Made by a program: the position numbers and the translations under genes. A stretch of DNA of 64,000 bases. Origin: Bacteriovoracia bacterium (GTDB lineage: Bacteria > Bdellovibrionota > UBA1018 > JBFWNL01). The notes below the pieces were generated by a model. It saw only the letters and a list, made by a program, of their open reading frames with translations, did no database searches and had not been told where the DNA came from. Below are positions 1 through 8,771 of this stretch, piece by piece (within the stretch, counting starts at the first letter, position 1; every line of letters begins with the position of its first letter). The DNA lies in contig JBFWNL010000005.1 in the NCBI GenBank assembly GCA_050251055.1, positions 192,001 to 256,000 on the forward strand, written 5' to 3'.

Positions 1-283
1 CGTCGCTGAAGGAACGCCGCAGGAGATGATTCTGCGACATACGCCGGGATACGTGGGAATCTTTAGCTCGGGCGACAAGTTAAAAATACAGGAGTTGACC
101 TCTGGCCGGCCGGATTTGCCTTGCCACGAGGATGCCTCCGGCGTTTATGTGCGCGCGGGCGCCCTCGAAGATCTGACGAATTTCCACTCGGTGCACGGGC
201 TGCGTCCGCTCCAGATCCGTCCTTCGAATCTCGAAGACGTGTTTCTCCAGCTAACGGGAAAGGAGCTTGCGTCAGATGCTTGA
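1..283 (+). CDS. C-terminal part of ABC transporter ATP-binding protein (NodI/DrrA-like), truncated by window edge
   Basis: Ends in RPSNLEDVFLQLTGKEL, typical of ABC-2 ATPase C-termini; overlaps the start of the permease. Confidence 0.8.
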   Translation, partial: VAEGTPQEMILRHTPGYVGIFSSGDKLKIQELTSGRPDLPCHEDASGVYVRAGALEDLTNFHSVHGLRPLQIRPSNLEDVFLQLTGKELASDA

Positions 284-1055
284 GTGGAAAGAGACGGTCA
301 AGCTCTGCCTTCACATCACGCGGCGGAACTGGACGGTTTACCAAAAGGACCTAGTGGCGAATATCTCTCCGACGGTGGCGGACCCGGCGCTCATCATGGT
401 CTCCCTAGGCTTGGGCTTGGGCGTCTACTTGACTAACGTCGAAGGCATGTCTTACATGCAGTTCCTGGCCCCGGGGTTGACGGTGGCGACTTCGCTTTTT
501 ACCTCCTTCTTCGAGAGCAGTTACGGATTTTACGTGCGCTTGACGTTTGAAAATGTCTTTAAGGCCATGCTTACGACCCCGATCGGGGTGAAGGAGGTGG
601 TCATTGGCGAGATGTTTTGGGTCGGGCTAAAGGGAGGAATCATGTCGCTTGGCGTGGCCGTGGTGCTCGCGCTTTTCGGCATGATGAGCAATCCGTGGCT
701 TATTCCCGCGCTTTTCGGCGTGGGTTTTCTGGTGGCGGTGCCCTGCGGGGCGATGGGGTTGCTCGCGACGGCGCTGGTGCGGAACATCAACCAGTTCCAG
801 TCCGTGTATTCCTTTATTATCGCGCCCCTTTATTTTTTGTCGGGAATTTTCTTTCCCATTGAACAGATGGCCGCGCCCGTCCGGGTCGTGGCGGAGTTTT
901 TTCCGCTGATTCACGGCGTGCGGATGGCCCAGGCCATCTTTTGGGAGCGTGATCTTGTTTCGGCTTGTCTGCCCAGCGGCGCGGCCTTGGTTCTACAGAG
1001 CTTGATTTTCTGCGCACTGGCCTACGTCAAGATACGCAAGAAGCTCGTTAGTTAG
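276..1055 (+). CDS. ABC-2 type transporter permease (NodJ-like)
   Basis: Multiple TM segments, YMQFLAPGL and PLYFLSGIFFPI motifs; AGGAG at 261-265 before ATG 276. Confidence 0.88.
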   Translation: MLEWKETVKLCLHITRRNWTVYQKDLVANISPTVADPALIMVSLGLGLGVYLTNVEGMSYMQFLAPGLTVATSLFTSFFESSYGFYVRLTFENVFKAMLTTPIGVKEVVIGEMFWVGLKGGIMSLGVAVVLALFGMMSNPWLIPALFGVGFLVAVPCGAMGLLATALVRNINQFQSVYSFIIAPLYFLSGIFFPIEQMAAPVRVVAEFFPLIHGVRMAQAIFWERDLVSACLPSGAALVLQSLIFCALAYVKIRKKLVS

Positions 1056-1225
1056 GACCGTCCCGAGCCGGTTTTCTTTCCTCCGCCGTCCCGTTTATTC
1101 ACGGTCGCGTAGCCGATCTGCTTGGCCCTCTTCGCGGAGCGGCCGAGCTTTCGCTCGCTCTCTTCGATGTGATGAGCTTGACGTCGCTGCTTGTCGGTAT
1201 AACTCGATTTGTCTCCTCTTGGCAT
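1052..1225 (-). CDS. 57-aa basic small protein (MPRGDKSSYTDKQRRQAHHIEES...; family usually labelled plasmid stabilization protein)
   Basis: Translated by hand (below ORF-track cutoff); GAGGAGG RBS 8 nt before ATG; matches the recalled family pattern MPRGDK.SYTDKQ.RQA.HIEE...ATVNK..GGGKK.GSGR. Confidence 0.8.
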   Translation of the reverse strand: MPRGDKSSYTDKQRRQAHHIEESERKLGRSAKRAKQIGYATVNKRDGGGKKTGSGRS

Positions 1226-1448
1226 ATTTAGCCCTCCTCACGGTGAAGTTGCAGAATAAATGCCAGGGCCGTGGCGGTGAAGAAGCATGCGTGATGGTTT
1301 GAATGTGCGTGCATGCCACGAACTTCGCCAATTTCGGCTCACGCAAGCCGCCCAGGCTTGATCTGCCCCGGATCTGCTTAAGCTGACCTGGCACCGCAAT
1401 TGCTTTATCTCGACGCGAACCTCAACCGCATTACTTAAGGAGATCACT

Positions 1449-2057
1449 ATGAAATCGAAGAAGAAGAAAACAAGCGCGCGTCGTGGGCCCTCATCGCGCG
1501 GACAACGCCGCTCGACGTCGGCGCGTGCCGTTGGTCAGAGGCGCGAAGGTCGGAGTTGGGAGTATGAAGGAATTTCCGGCCGTCGTGACCTCAACGATCG
1601 GCATCAGGGGATGATGGATCGCGAGCCGGGATTTTCCTCCGAACGCCGCTATCTGGAGGATCGTGATGAGGCGTATGATCGTGGATATGGTGATAGGAAC
1701 CGGATGTCCAGGGAACGCCCCGAAGGCGACTATCCTCGGCGCGATTACTCCGGATACAACGATCGCGAACGCAGCTTCGGTGGGACCATGCGCGACAACC
1801 GAGACTACAACGATCGTGGTTACGGGATCGACGAACGGGAGTATCGCGATCTTGATCAGTGGGGCTCTAGCGGGCATGGCAGCGAAGGAGAGAGCTTTGG
1901 TCGGCGGAGTCGGCGCGACGAAGGTCCCCGACGAGGGTTGCGCGTGTACGCGGACGGCTTAAACGGATCGTCGCGCGGCGGCGGCTCGAATAACTCGCGT
2001 CGATCGGTCACCCGAGGTTCCCGCGGAACCGCGGGTTCACGCACCTATTCAGAATAG
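1449..2057 (+). CDS. Low-complexity R/G/D/Y/S-rich hypothetical protein, probably disordered
   Basis: AAGGAG RBS before ATG; repeated DRGYG / RDYN units; basic termini. Confidence 0.7.
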   Translation: MKSKKKKTSARRGPSSRGQRRSTSARAVGQRREGRSWEYEGISGRRDLNDRHQGMMDREPGFSSERRYLEDRDEAYDRGYGDRNRMSRERPEGDYPRRDYSGYNDRERSFGGTMRDNRDYNDRGYGIDEREYRDLDQWGSSGHGSEGESFGRRSRRDEGPRRGLRVYADGLNGSSRGGGSNNSRRSVTRGSRGTAGSRTYSE

Positions 2058-2080
2058 CCGGTTGCCATAGTGCGGGCCAG

Positions 2081-2117
2081 CTCGACGGCGTCCTCGTATT
2101 TTTGGGGCGCCGTCGAG
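2081..2117. terminator. Hairpin between convergent genes (possible bidirectional terminator)
   Basis: CTCGACGGCG...CGCCGTCGAG perfect 10-bp inverted repeat; no clean U-tract. Confidence 0.5.
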
Positions 2118-2171
2118 TTCGCTCGAGCATGAGGTCAGGTCTTCCTGACCCTGGGTGGATGCCGCCGAGGA

Positions 2172-2555
2172 CTAGTGCATGTTGCGCAGATCGCGCAAGA
2201 AGAACAGGGGGATCTTGACGTTAAACTGCGCGCCCAGGTTGTTCACCATTTGAAACGTGCCGCGCATATTGCCAGTGGGCGTCGGCAGCGGACAGAAGCT
2301 AGAATACTCGTGCTTTTCGCCGGGCTTCAGCTTTGGCTGTTGGCCCACCACGCCCGGCCCTTTGACTTCATGTACCTCGCCCTTGCCGTCGGTGATGATC
2401 CAGTGCCGGCTCAGGAGCTGGACTTCAGTCTCGCCCCGATTGCTGATCGTGATGTGGTAGGCGAAAATGAAGCGGCTCTCCGCCGGTGAAGACTCGCCAG
2501 GGAGGTATTCAGGGCGAACTTCGACTTCGATGCCTTGGGTCGTTTCGTAGTACAT
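2172..2555 (-). CDS. apaG: ApaG protein
   Basis: FAYHITISN, QLLSRHWIITD, GPGVVGQQP, GNMRGTF motifs. Confidence 0.95.
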   Translation of the reverse strand: MYYETTQGIEVEVRPEYLPGESSPAESRFIFAYHITISNRGETEVQLLSRHWIITDGKGEVHEVKGPGVVGQQPKLKPGEKHEYSSFCPLPTPTGNMRGTFQMVNNLGAQFNVKIPLFFLRDLRNMH

Positions 2556-2577
2556 GGCGCGGGGATACCTCGTTTCT

Positions 2578-4446
2578 CTATTTTTCGCAACGCTCGCCGG
2601 CGTCCCGGGTTTGGCGCCAGTTCGCCTTGGCGGGGCATAGCTTTCCTTGGGGGTCGGTCCAGGCTTCGGCTAACTCACCCGCGTAAATCTTCATGCCGGG
2701 TTCGGCCAAGATCAGGCCGCGCAGGGACTTGCCTTGCCACGTAAGGGGGCGATCTGAATAGAGGGAAAGACGTTTATCGGCGATGCGGCTTGCCTCGGGC
2801 AGGAGGTTTTCACCGACGAAACTTACTTCCGTATCGGCCGGCAGCGTGAGCGCGCCCGCTTTCACGGGTTCGGCCAGCGTCAGCGTCGGGACCCCGCAAA
2901 GGGAATAATCCTTCGGCTGGGTAAGCGTGATTTTCCCGCCCGCCTTGGCTTTAAAGCCCTGGATTTCGAGATCCTTGAGCGCGGTGAAAGAGGTGGGTTT
3001 GCCGTCCAGGCCTAGGCACACCTTGGTTCCCCCTTTGAGGGGATACCCCGCCACCGTTTGGTCGTCGGCCAGCTCGCCGCTCCAACCGGCGTTTTCAGTC
3101 CGTTGGATCCAGGTCCCGCGTTTGAACTTTACGCCGGTGAGGGTGAAGTTCTCCGCCAGCTTCAATTTGAATGGTTCTAGCGCTTCTCCGACCTTCATCA
3201 GGCTAACGGGTTCGCTGGGGTCGTAAGGAATTCCCATGACGGCCACCGGACGGTTGAGTTTGAGGCGTGCGGGCTGGTCGTCGTAAGGGCCCGCGAGCAG
3301 AGGTGGGCGGGTAAAATTCAGGTAGGATTTGCCTTCGAGGGTGAGCTCGTTGAACGCGAGAAAATACTTGAGCTCGTCGGCGCTCGGCGCGGGAGGTTGG
3401 TCCCGCAGTGACTTTGCCACGCCGCTGGGTAACCCAAACTTCCGGCCCGGGTAGAAGGCGTGCATCTGTTTTTCATAGATGTAGAAGTGCACCAACGCCT
3501 GTGGTTTGCGCGAGCTTTTCAGGTAAAGATCCGCCAGATTGTGGTGGGTTTCGGTTCTTCCCGGAAACTCGCTCAGTACGAGCTCAAACAGCTCCTCGGG
3601 CACCGCTACTTCCCCCGCCTGCATCAGGTAGTACCCCAAATCATTGAGCATCTGCGCGTGCACCGCCCGCACCTGGCCCTGGTGCCGCGCCTTAAAGAGA
3701 TCGGCAACTTGGGTCATCGCACCTAGACCGAGCGCGCTGGATAACTCGGAAGCGCGCTTGGGGTTCGATTTGATGGAGCTTTCAAAAAGCGGATAGACCT
3801 CGGTTAGAATCGTGAAGGTGTAATCGGTGCGGCCGTCCGGACGCTTCTCCAGCGCATGGATTTTCTTGATGGCTTCTTCGGTCTTACTTGGGGTGGGTTT
3901 GGTCATCAGCCCTTTGATCGCCGCCAGGGTTTCGGCATACGTACTGGTTTGCCAGCTGCGGACCGCTTTGAATTTCTTATTTGCCGTGTCCAGTTCGTAT
4001 TGGGTGACTTTTTTCGCGCCCTCGAAGGCGAAGCGGGAGGTGTCGGGTTCCTCCTGCACGAGCACGCCTTTTTCAATATTGAAATCCACGCCATCGGCGT
4101 CGGCGAAGAGTTCTTCCACGGAGGTCCCACGCATGAGCAACAGCTGGGTGTTTGCGCTGCCTTTTCGCTCGATGCCCATCGTGTAGCAGCTCAGCCGATA
4201 GGGGCTGCCGCGTAGATTTTGGTGCAGATAAGTGTGCTGGTCGAGCTTGATGGCGTGTCCCTTGAGGCTGCCCACGAGGCGAATCACGTGGCCGTTGATC
4301 TCTTCGAAACCGGCTTTGCGGATTTCGCCGACGGTGCCCGTGCAGATGGCGCGGTTTTCGGCGTCGGTCGGGCCGGGAAGGGGTTCGGCTGTCCGGGCAG
4401 GCAAGGCAACCATCATGAAAACTAAGGGAAAAAAGAGTCTTCGCAT
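2578..4446 (-). CDS. Secreted TPR-containing protein with C-terminal beta-repeats
   Basis: Signal peptide; TPR-like NDLGYYL...HHNLADLY; repeats of the LAxxxxxxG..KxGTxI type. Confidence 0.65.
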   Translation of the reverse strand: MRRLFFPLVFMMVALPARTAEPLPGPTDAENRAICTGTVGEIRKAGFEEINGHVIRLVGSLKGHAIKLDQHTYLHQNLRGSPYRLSCYTMGIERKGSANTQLLLMRGTSVEELFADADGVDFNIEKGVLVQEEPDTSRFAFEGAKKVTQYELDTANKKFKAVRSWQTSTYAETLAAIKGLMTKPTPSKTEEAIKKIHALEKRPDGRTDYTFTILTEVYPLFESSIKSNPKRASELSSALGLGAMTQVADLFKARHQGQVRAVHAQMLNDLGYYLMQAGEVAVPEELFELVLSEFPGRTETHHNLADLYLKSSRKPQALVHFYIYEKQMHAFYPGRKFGLPSGVAKSLRDQPPAPSADELKYFLAFNELTLEGKSYLNFTRPPLLAGPYDDQPARLKLNRPVAVMGIPYDPSEPVSLMKVGEALEPFKLKLAENFTLTGVKFKRGTWIQRTENAGWSGELADDQTVAGYPLKGGTKVCLGLDGKPTSFTALKDLEIQGFKAKAGGKITLTQPKDYSLCGVPTLTLAEPVKAGALTLPADTEVSFVGENLLPEASRIADKRLSLYSDRPLTWQGKSLRGLILAEPGMKIYAGELAEAWTDPQGKLCPAKANWRQTRDAGERCEK

Positions 4447-4561
4447 GGGCCTATACTCGCCGGGCCTCCTCCGTTTGTCAAAACCTACGGCGTATCGCGG
4501 CGATAGCGGGGGATAAAATCAGGGGTGCCGAAGCCCCCGAAAATGTGTATAATGGAGAGGA

Positions 4562-4643
4562 ATTCGAGGAGCGTTGCGAGGCAGCCCGCGATTAAAAGCG
4601 ACGGCGCCCTAGGCTCGGATTCCCGGTATTAACGGCGCTCACC
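4562..4643 (+). ncRNA. SAH riboswitch
   Basis: Conserved blocks GAGGAGCGTTGC, AGGCTCGG and AACGGCGCTCACC (GAGCG/CGCTC pseudoknot pairing) in the leader of ahcY. Confidence 0.9.
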
Positions 4644-4728
4644 TAAACCATCGTGCCAGCCACGAGAAGCAGGTGAGAGAGCCCCTCCCACTCACTTCCA
4701 GCTGGTTTTACTAGAGGAGTCACCTTCC

Positions 4729-6132
4729 ATGGTTACGTCCAAGCAAGACTACGTCATTGCTGATATTAAACTCGCCGACTGGGGTCGCAAAGAAATCAAG
4801 ATCGCGGAAACTGAAATGCCGGGCTTGATGGCCATCCGCGAGGAGTTCGCCGCGAAGAAGCCGCTGAAGGGCGCGCGCATCACGGGCTCTTTGCACATGA
4901 CCATCCAGACCGCGGTGCTGATCGAAACCCTCACCGCGCTGGGTGCGGAAGTCCGCTGGGCTTCGTGCAACATCTTTTCGACCCAGGACCACGCCGCCGC
5001 CGCGATCGCCGCGACTGGCGTGCCGGTTTTCGCCGTGAAGGGCGAGTCGTTGAAGGATTATTGGGAATACACTCACCGCATTTTCGAATGGGCCGATGGT
5101 GGTCACTCGAACATGATCCTGGATGATGGCGGCGATGCGACGCTGCTTCTGCACCTAGGCGCGCGCGCGGAGAAGGACCAGTCGGTGCTCGCTAAGCCGA
5201 CTTCCGAAGAAGAAACGATCCTGTTCGCGGCCATCAAGGAAAAGCTGAAGGTTCACCCGACCTGGTACTCGAAGCGCCTCTCCCAGATTAAGGGCGTGAC
5301 CGAGGAAACCACCACGGGCGTCCACCGCTTGATCCAGATGCACGCCCGCGGTGAGCTGAAATTCCCCGCCATCAACGTGAACGATTCCGTGACCAAGTCG
5401 AAGTTCGACAACCTCTACGGCTGCCGCGAATCGCTGGTCGATGGCATCAAGCGCGCGACCGATGTGATGGTAGCGGGCAAGATCGCCGTCGTCGCCGGTT
5501 ACGGCGACGTGGGTAAGGGCTCGGCCCAGGCCCTGCGCGCCCTTTCGGCCCAGGTGTGGGTCACCGAAATTGATCCCATCTGCGCGCTGCAAGCCGCGAT
5601 GGAAGGTTATCGCGTGGTCACCATGGAATACGCCGCCGACAAGGCGGACATCTTCGTGACGACGACCGGCAACTTCCACGTCATCACCCATGACCACATG
5701 ATCAAGATGAAGAACAACTCGATCGTCTGCAACATCGGCCACTTCGACAACGAAATCGACGTTGCCTCGCTCGAGAAGTACAAGTGGGAAGAGATCAAGC
5801 CGCAGGTCGATCACGTGATCTTCCCGAACGGCAACCGCATCATCCTGCTCGCCAAGGGCCGCCTGGTGAACCTCGGTTGCGGCACGGGCCACCCAAGTTA
5901 CGTGATGTCGTCCTCGTTTGCGAACCAGACGATCGCGCAGATTGAATTGTTCTCGCATCCCGACCGTTACCCGCTCGGCGTGCACGTGCTGCCGAAGCAC
6001 CTGGACGAGAAGGTGGCGCGTTTGCAGCTCAAGAAGCTCAACGCCCAGCTCACCGTGTTGCGTGAAGATCAGGCGAAGTACATTCACGTGCCGATCGAAG
6101 GCCCTTACAAGCCGAATACCTATCGTTACTAG
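4729..6132 (+). CDS. ahcY: Adenosylhomocysteinase (SAH hydrolase)
   Basis: [40 protein letters not shown] motifs. Confidence 0.99.
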   Translation: MVTSKQDYVIADIKLADWGRKEIKIAETEMPGLMAIREEFAAKKPLKGARITGSLHMTIQTAVLIETLTALGAEVRWASCNIFSTQDHAAAAIAATGVPVFAVKGESLKDYWEYTHRIFEWADGGHSNMILDDGGDATLLLHLGARAEKDQSVLAKPTSEEETILFAAIKEKLKVHPTWYSKRLSQIKGVTEETTTGVHRLIQMHARGELKFPAINVNDSVTKSKFDNLYGCRESLVDGIKRATDVMVAGKIAVVAGYGDVGKGSAQALRALSAQVWVTEIDPICALQAAMEGYRVVTMEYAADKADIFVTTTGNFHVITHDHMIKMKNNSIVCNIGHFDNEIDVASLEKYKWEEIKPQVDHVIFPNGNRIILLAKGRLVNLGCGTGHPSYVMSSSFANQTIAQIELFSHPDRYPLGVHVLPKHLDEKVARLQLKKLNAQLTVLREDQAKYIHVPIEGPYKPNTYRY

Positions 6133-6155
6133 TTTCCGGCATTAGTTAGAATCTG

Positions 6156-6192
6156 AAAGCCCCGGCCCGCGCGAGCGGGTTGGGGCTTTTTT
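6156..6192 (+). terminator. Rho-independent terminator after ahcY
   Basis: AAAGCCCC...GGGGCTTTTTT GC-rich stem with U-tract. Confidence 0.88.
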
Positions 6193-6198
6193 ATTGGA

Positions 6199-6828
6199 TC
6201 ACGGCCTGGCGTAATCGCAGTCCAGCGTCTCACCTTCGTAAATCATGGTGTTGTAGATGGCGCCGAAAGACGAAAAATCGGCGTCATCTACTTTTCCATC
6301 ATGGTTGAAGTCAAACTCGGCCGCGGCCGACTCCCATACGAACATGAAATCATAGAATTTATAAAAGCCGACGGCGTCCCGATCGTCGACTACCCGGTCT
6401 TCGTTGTAATCGCCGGGAAAGATGTCGAGCTTAATGGTCGGGGCGTACAGCATCTTGACGCAAGCCTCGCCGAACCCGGGGGGACTCTTTTCAAATTTGA
6501 GAAATACTTCGCCTTCGTCCGCGTGGACGTCCAGGGTGACCCCGGTTTGCCAGGTCGTGCGGACTTCGAGCGCGTCCCGGATTTGGCCGGCGTCGACGGC
6601 GTCGCGGTAGCGGAACCCATATACCGCGTCGGGCCGGTTCTCCAGGCGGTAGCTGCCTTGGCTTTGGATCTCGAAGTCCAGGTCCTGCGGTCCGACGGCG
6701 TAAGATGACCAGTAAAGCAGGGTGTTTGCCGCCCGGCCAGCGGGCGAGCGTTGCTGGATGGGCAGACCCAGCGTGCATGCTTGGCCAAGGAGCAGGACTA
6801 GGGCGGCGGCGAGATACGGGGCTTTCAT
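6199..6828 (-). CDS. Secreted protein/lipoprotein with C-terminal dockerin/EF-hand-like Ca-binding motifs
   Basis: Signal peptide ending GQAC; GDYNEDRVVDDRD and DFNHDGKVDDADF motifs. Confidence 0.65.
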   Translation of the reverse strand: MKAPYLAAALVLLLGQACTLGLPIQQRSPAGRAANTLLYWSSYAVGPQDLDFEIQSQGSYRLENRPDAVYGFRYRDAVDAGQIRDALEVRTTWQTGVTLDVHADEGEVFLKFEKSPPGFGEACVKMLYAPTIKLDIFPGDYNEDRVVDDRDAVGFYKFYDFMFVWESAAAEFDFNHDGKVDDADFSSFGAIYNTMIYEGETLDCDYARP

Positions 6829-6910
6829 GGCGTTTCCTCTTATAGGTCATTCTGCCTGCGCCGGAGACGAAGCTCGACTTCCGGGGACCTCGGCACGCAT
6901 AACCCGCTTT

Positions 6911-7420
6911 CTAGTGCTTTCTCGCTTTAAGGCGCTCGATCGCCAAGAGGCGCGACTTTGCCTTCAACCCCCCGGCGTAGCCTCCCAGCGTCCCATTTGA
7001 GGCAATGACGCGGTGACAGGGCATAACGATAGAAAAGGGGTTGCGCCCATTGGCTGACCCCACGGCACGCACCGCTCGTTCGTGATGAATTCTTCGGGCA
7101 AGGTCCCGGTAGGAGACCGTCCGGCCGTAGGGGATCCTGGCCAGTTCGGCCCAGACTTTACGCTGGAAAACGGTGCCGCCCGCGAAGTGGAGGGGGAGAT
7201 CAAAATTTTTCCGTTTCTTCGCGAAATATTCGCCAAGCTGTCGCTTGGCTCGCGCCAATATCCGCTTCGCGCCGGCCAAGTCGCGTCGATCGGTTGGCTC
7301 GCGGAGGTCGCTTCCCGCTCCGCGCGGTCGCCGCCAGTAGATTCCAGAAAGTCCCTTCGCGGTCGCCACGAGAAAGAGGGGGCCAACCGGGGAGTCATAG
7401 CGATGGCTCAATTGTTTCAT
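6911..7420 (-). CDS. ogt: Methylated-DNA-protein-cysteine methyltransferase
   Basis: GTVFQRKVW, IPYG, RAVG and PCHRVI active site. Confidence 0.95.
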   Translation of the reverse strand: MKQLSHRYDSPVGPLFLVATAKGLSGIYWRRPRGAGSDLREPTDRRDLAGAKRILARAKRQLGEYFAKKRKNFDLPLHFAGGTVFQRKVWAELARIPYGRTVSYRDLARRIHHERAVRAVGSANGRNPFSIVMPCHRVIASNGTLGGYAGGLKAKSRLLAIERLKARKH

Positions 7421-8004
7421 TTTATTTTCCTTAGGGCGGATGGGGGTTGACGGTAACGCGCTTTGAACGCGTCGTTGAAACGGCGAATCGAGCGAAAGCC
7501 CGCCGCTAACGCGATTTCCGTGATCGGCTGTACCGTGGTGGTCACCAGGTGGTGGGCGTGCGCCAGTCGATGCGAGAAGGCCACCTGCTTTGGGGTTCGG
7601 CCCAATTCGGCGTTAAACAGCCGGCGCAAATGCCGCGCGCTCATACCGAAGCGGGCCGCGAATTGGTCCTCGTTCAGTTCCAACATTTCCAACGCCGCGT
7701 CGCCTTCCAGTAGCTTGAGCGCACGTTGAAGCACCGCCTTTGTGCCCACCCAAGCCGGTGAGTGCGGCCGGGTCTCCGGTCGGCACCGTCGGCAGGGTCG
7801 GTAGCCTGCCCGCTCGGCCGCGCGCCGCGTGAAAAAAAATTCGACATTCTCCCGCTTTGGGCGGGCAGGGCACACGGGGCGACAGTAGATTCCAGTCGTC
7901 TTCACGCCTACGAAAAACTTGCCGTCAAAGCGGACGTCCCGCGCGCGCATGGCGGCGTAGTAGCGGGCGTGAAGGGGGTCGCGGACGGAGCGAATGCTCG
8001 ACAT
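7417..8004 (-). CDS. Ada-type regulator (Ada Zn-binding domain plus AraC HTH, AdaA-like)
   Basis: FFVGVKTTGIYCRPVCPAR, GYRPCRRCRP, AGFRSIRRFN; start placed at ATG 8004 to avoid overlap with the upstream gene. Confidence 0.9.
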   Translation of the reverse strand: MSSIRSVRDPLHARYYAAMRARDVRFDGKFFVGVKTTGIYCRPVCPARPKRENVEFFFTRRAAERAGYRPCRRCRPETRPHSPAWVGTKAVLQRALKLLEGDAALEMLELNEDQFAARFGMSARHLRRLFNAELGRTPKQVAFSHRLAHAHHLVTTTVQPITEIALAAGFRSIRRFNDAFKARYRQPPSALRKIK

Positions 8005-8081
8005 ACGGCGGACCATACGCCAAGCCCCCTGAAAAAAATAGCCATTTTCGGACAAGATCGTTTTGGGAACCGGGAAGGGCG

Positions 8082-8771
8082 CTACTCGTACACCTGGTTG
8101 CCGACGCGAACGTGCTTCACGTAGAGGATTTCGCAGGCACCGCCGCCTTGGTCGTCGCGCCGTAGGCTCGTGTTCCACTGGAATTCTTGGTGCCGCCGCG
8201 TGCCGGAAATGTTGACTAACCAGCCTTCGAGTTCGACGAGGTCGCCGACGGAAAGGCGTCGGATTGCTCGATCTATGTTTCGGTTGGCGGGAACAAGATG
8301 GTGATTGGAAGAAAGGAGGTAAACTTCCGAGCTGTTCAACGAGGCTCCCGGGTCGATGTAAAAGTGGTAAAACCGCTCGCCGTGATCGAACCGAAGGCCC
8401 GAGTCATGGGAGGGCGTCGCGAGTTTCCCCCAACCCAGGGCAACGTCGACGGGGCTGATGTGGCGTTGCCATTCCATGTAGTACGTACGGGTGGAAAGTA
8501 CGCGCGCGGCGACTCGATACGTGGCCACGGGTTGGGCTTGCAGATTTGCATCGGGAACGGAGAGGGGAATCGTTGTTTCGCCCGAAAGGGGAACTTGAGC
8601 GGGATCGGCCGATGCGTCTAGCGCACGGGTTTCGATGCGGGTGATCCGCGGGGTGCCCCGGGTCCAGGCACACCCGGACTGGTAGCACAGGTAGACGATA
8701 GTCCCGGCAAAGAGTCCGAGGAGAAGTTTGCCCATTTCCGGTATTGTAGAGCTGATCGTGATTGAATTCAA
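8082..8771 (-). CDS. Membrane-anchored hypothetical protein
   Basis: N-terminal TM helix; SPVDVALGWG, SNHHLVPA, GACEILYV conserved-looking blocks; 4-nt overlap with upstream gene. Confidence 0.7.
   Translation of the reverse strand: MNSITISSTIPEMGKLLLGLFAGTIVYLCYQSGCAWTRGTPRITRIETRALDASADPAQVPLSGETTIPLSVPDANLQAQPVATYRVAARVLSTRTYYMEWQRHISPVDVALGWGKLATPSHDSGLRFDHGERFYHFYIDPGASLNSSEVYLLSSNHHLVPANRNIDRAIRRLSVGDLVELEGWLVNISGTRRHQEFQWNTSLRRDDQGGGACEILYVKHVRVGNQVYE

Noticed and set aside
5155-6087. 310-aa antisense ORF (and 4720-5154)
   Set aside because: Shadow of ahcY caused by strong GC3 codon bias
8005-8178. N-terminal extension of the Ada ORF
   Set aside because: Overlaps the upstream gene and is not Ada-like; start reassigned to 8004
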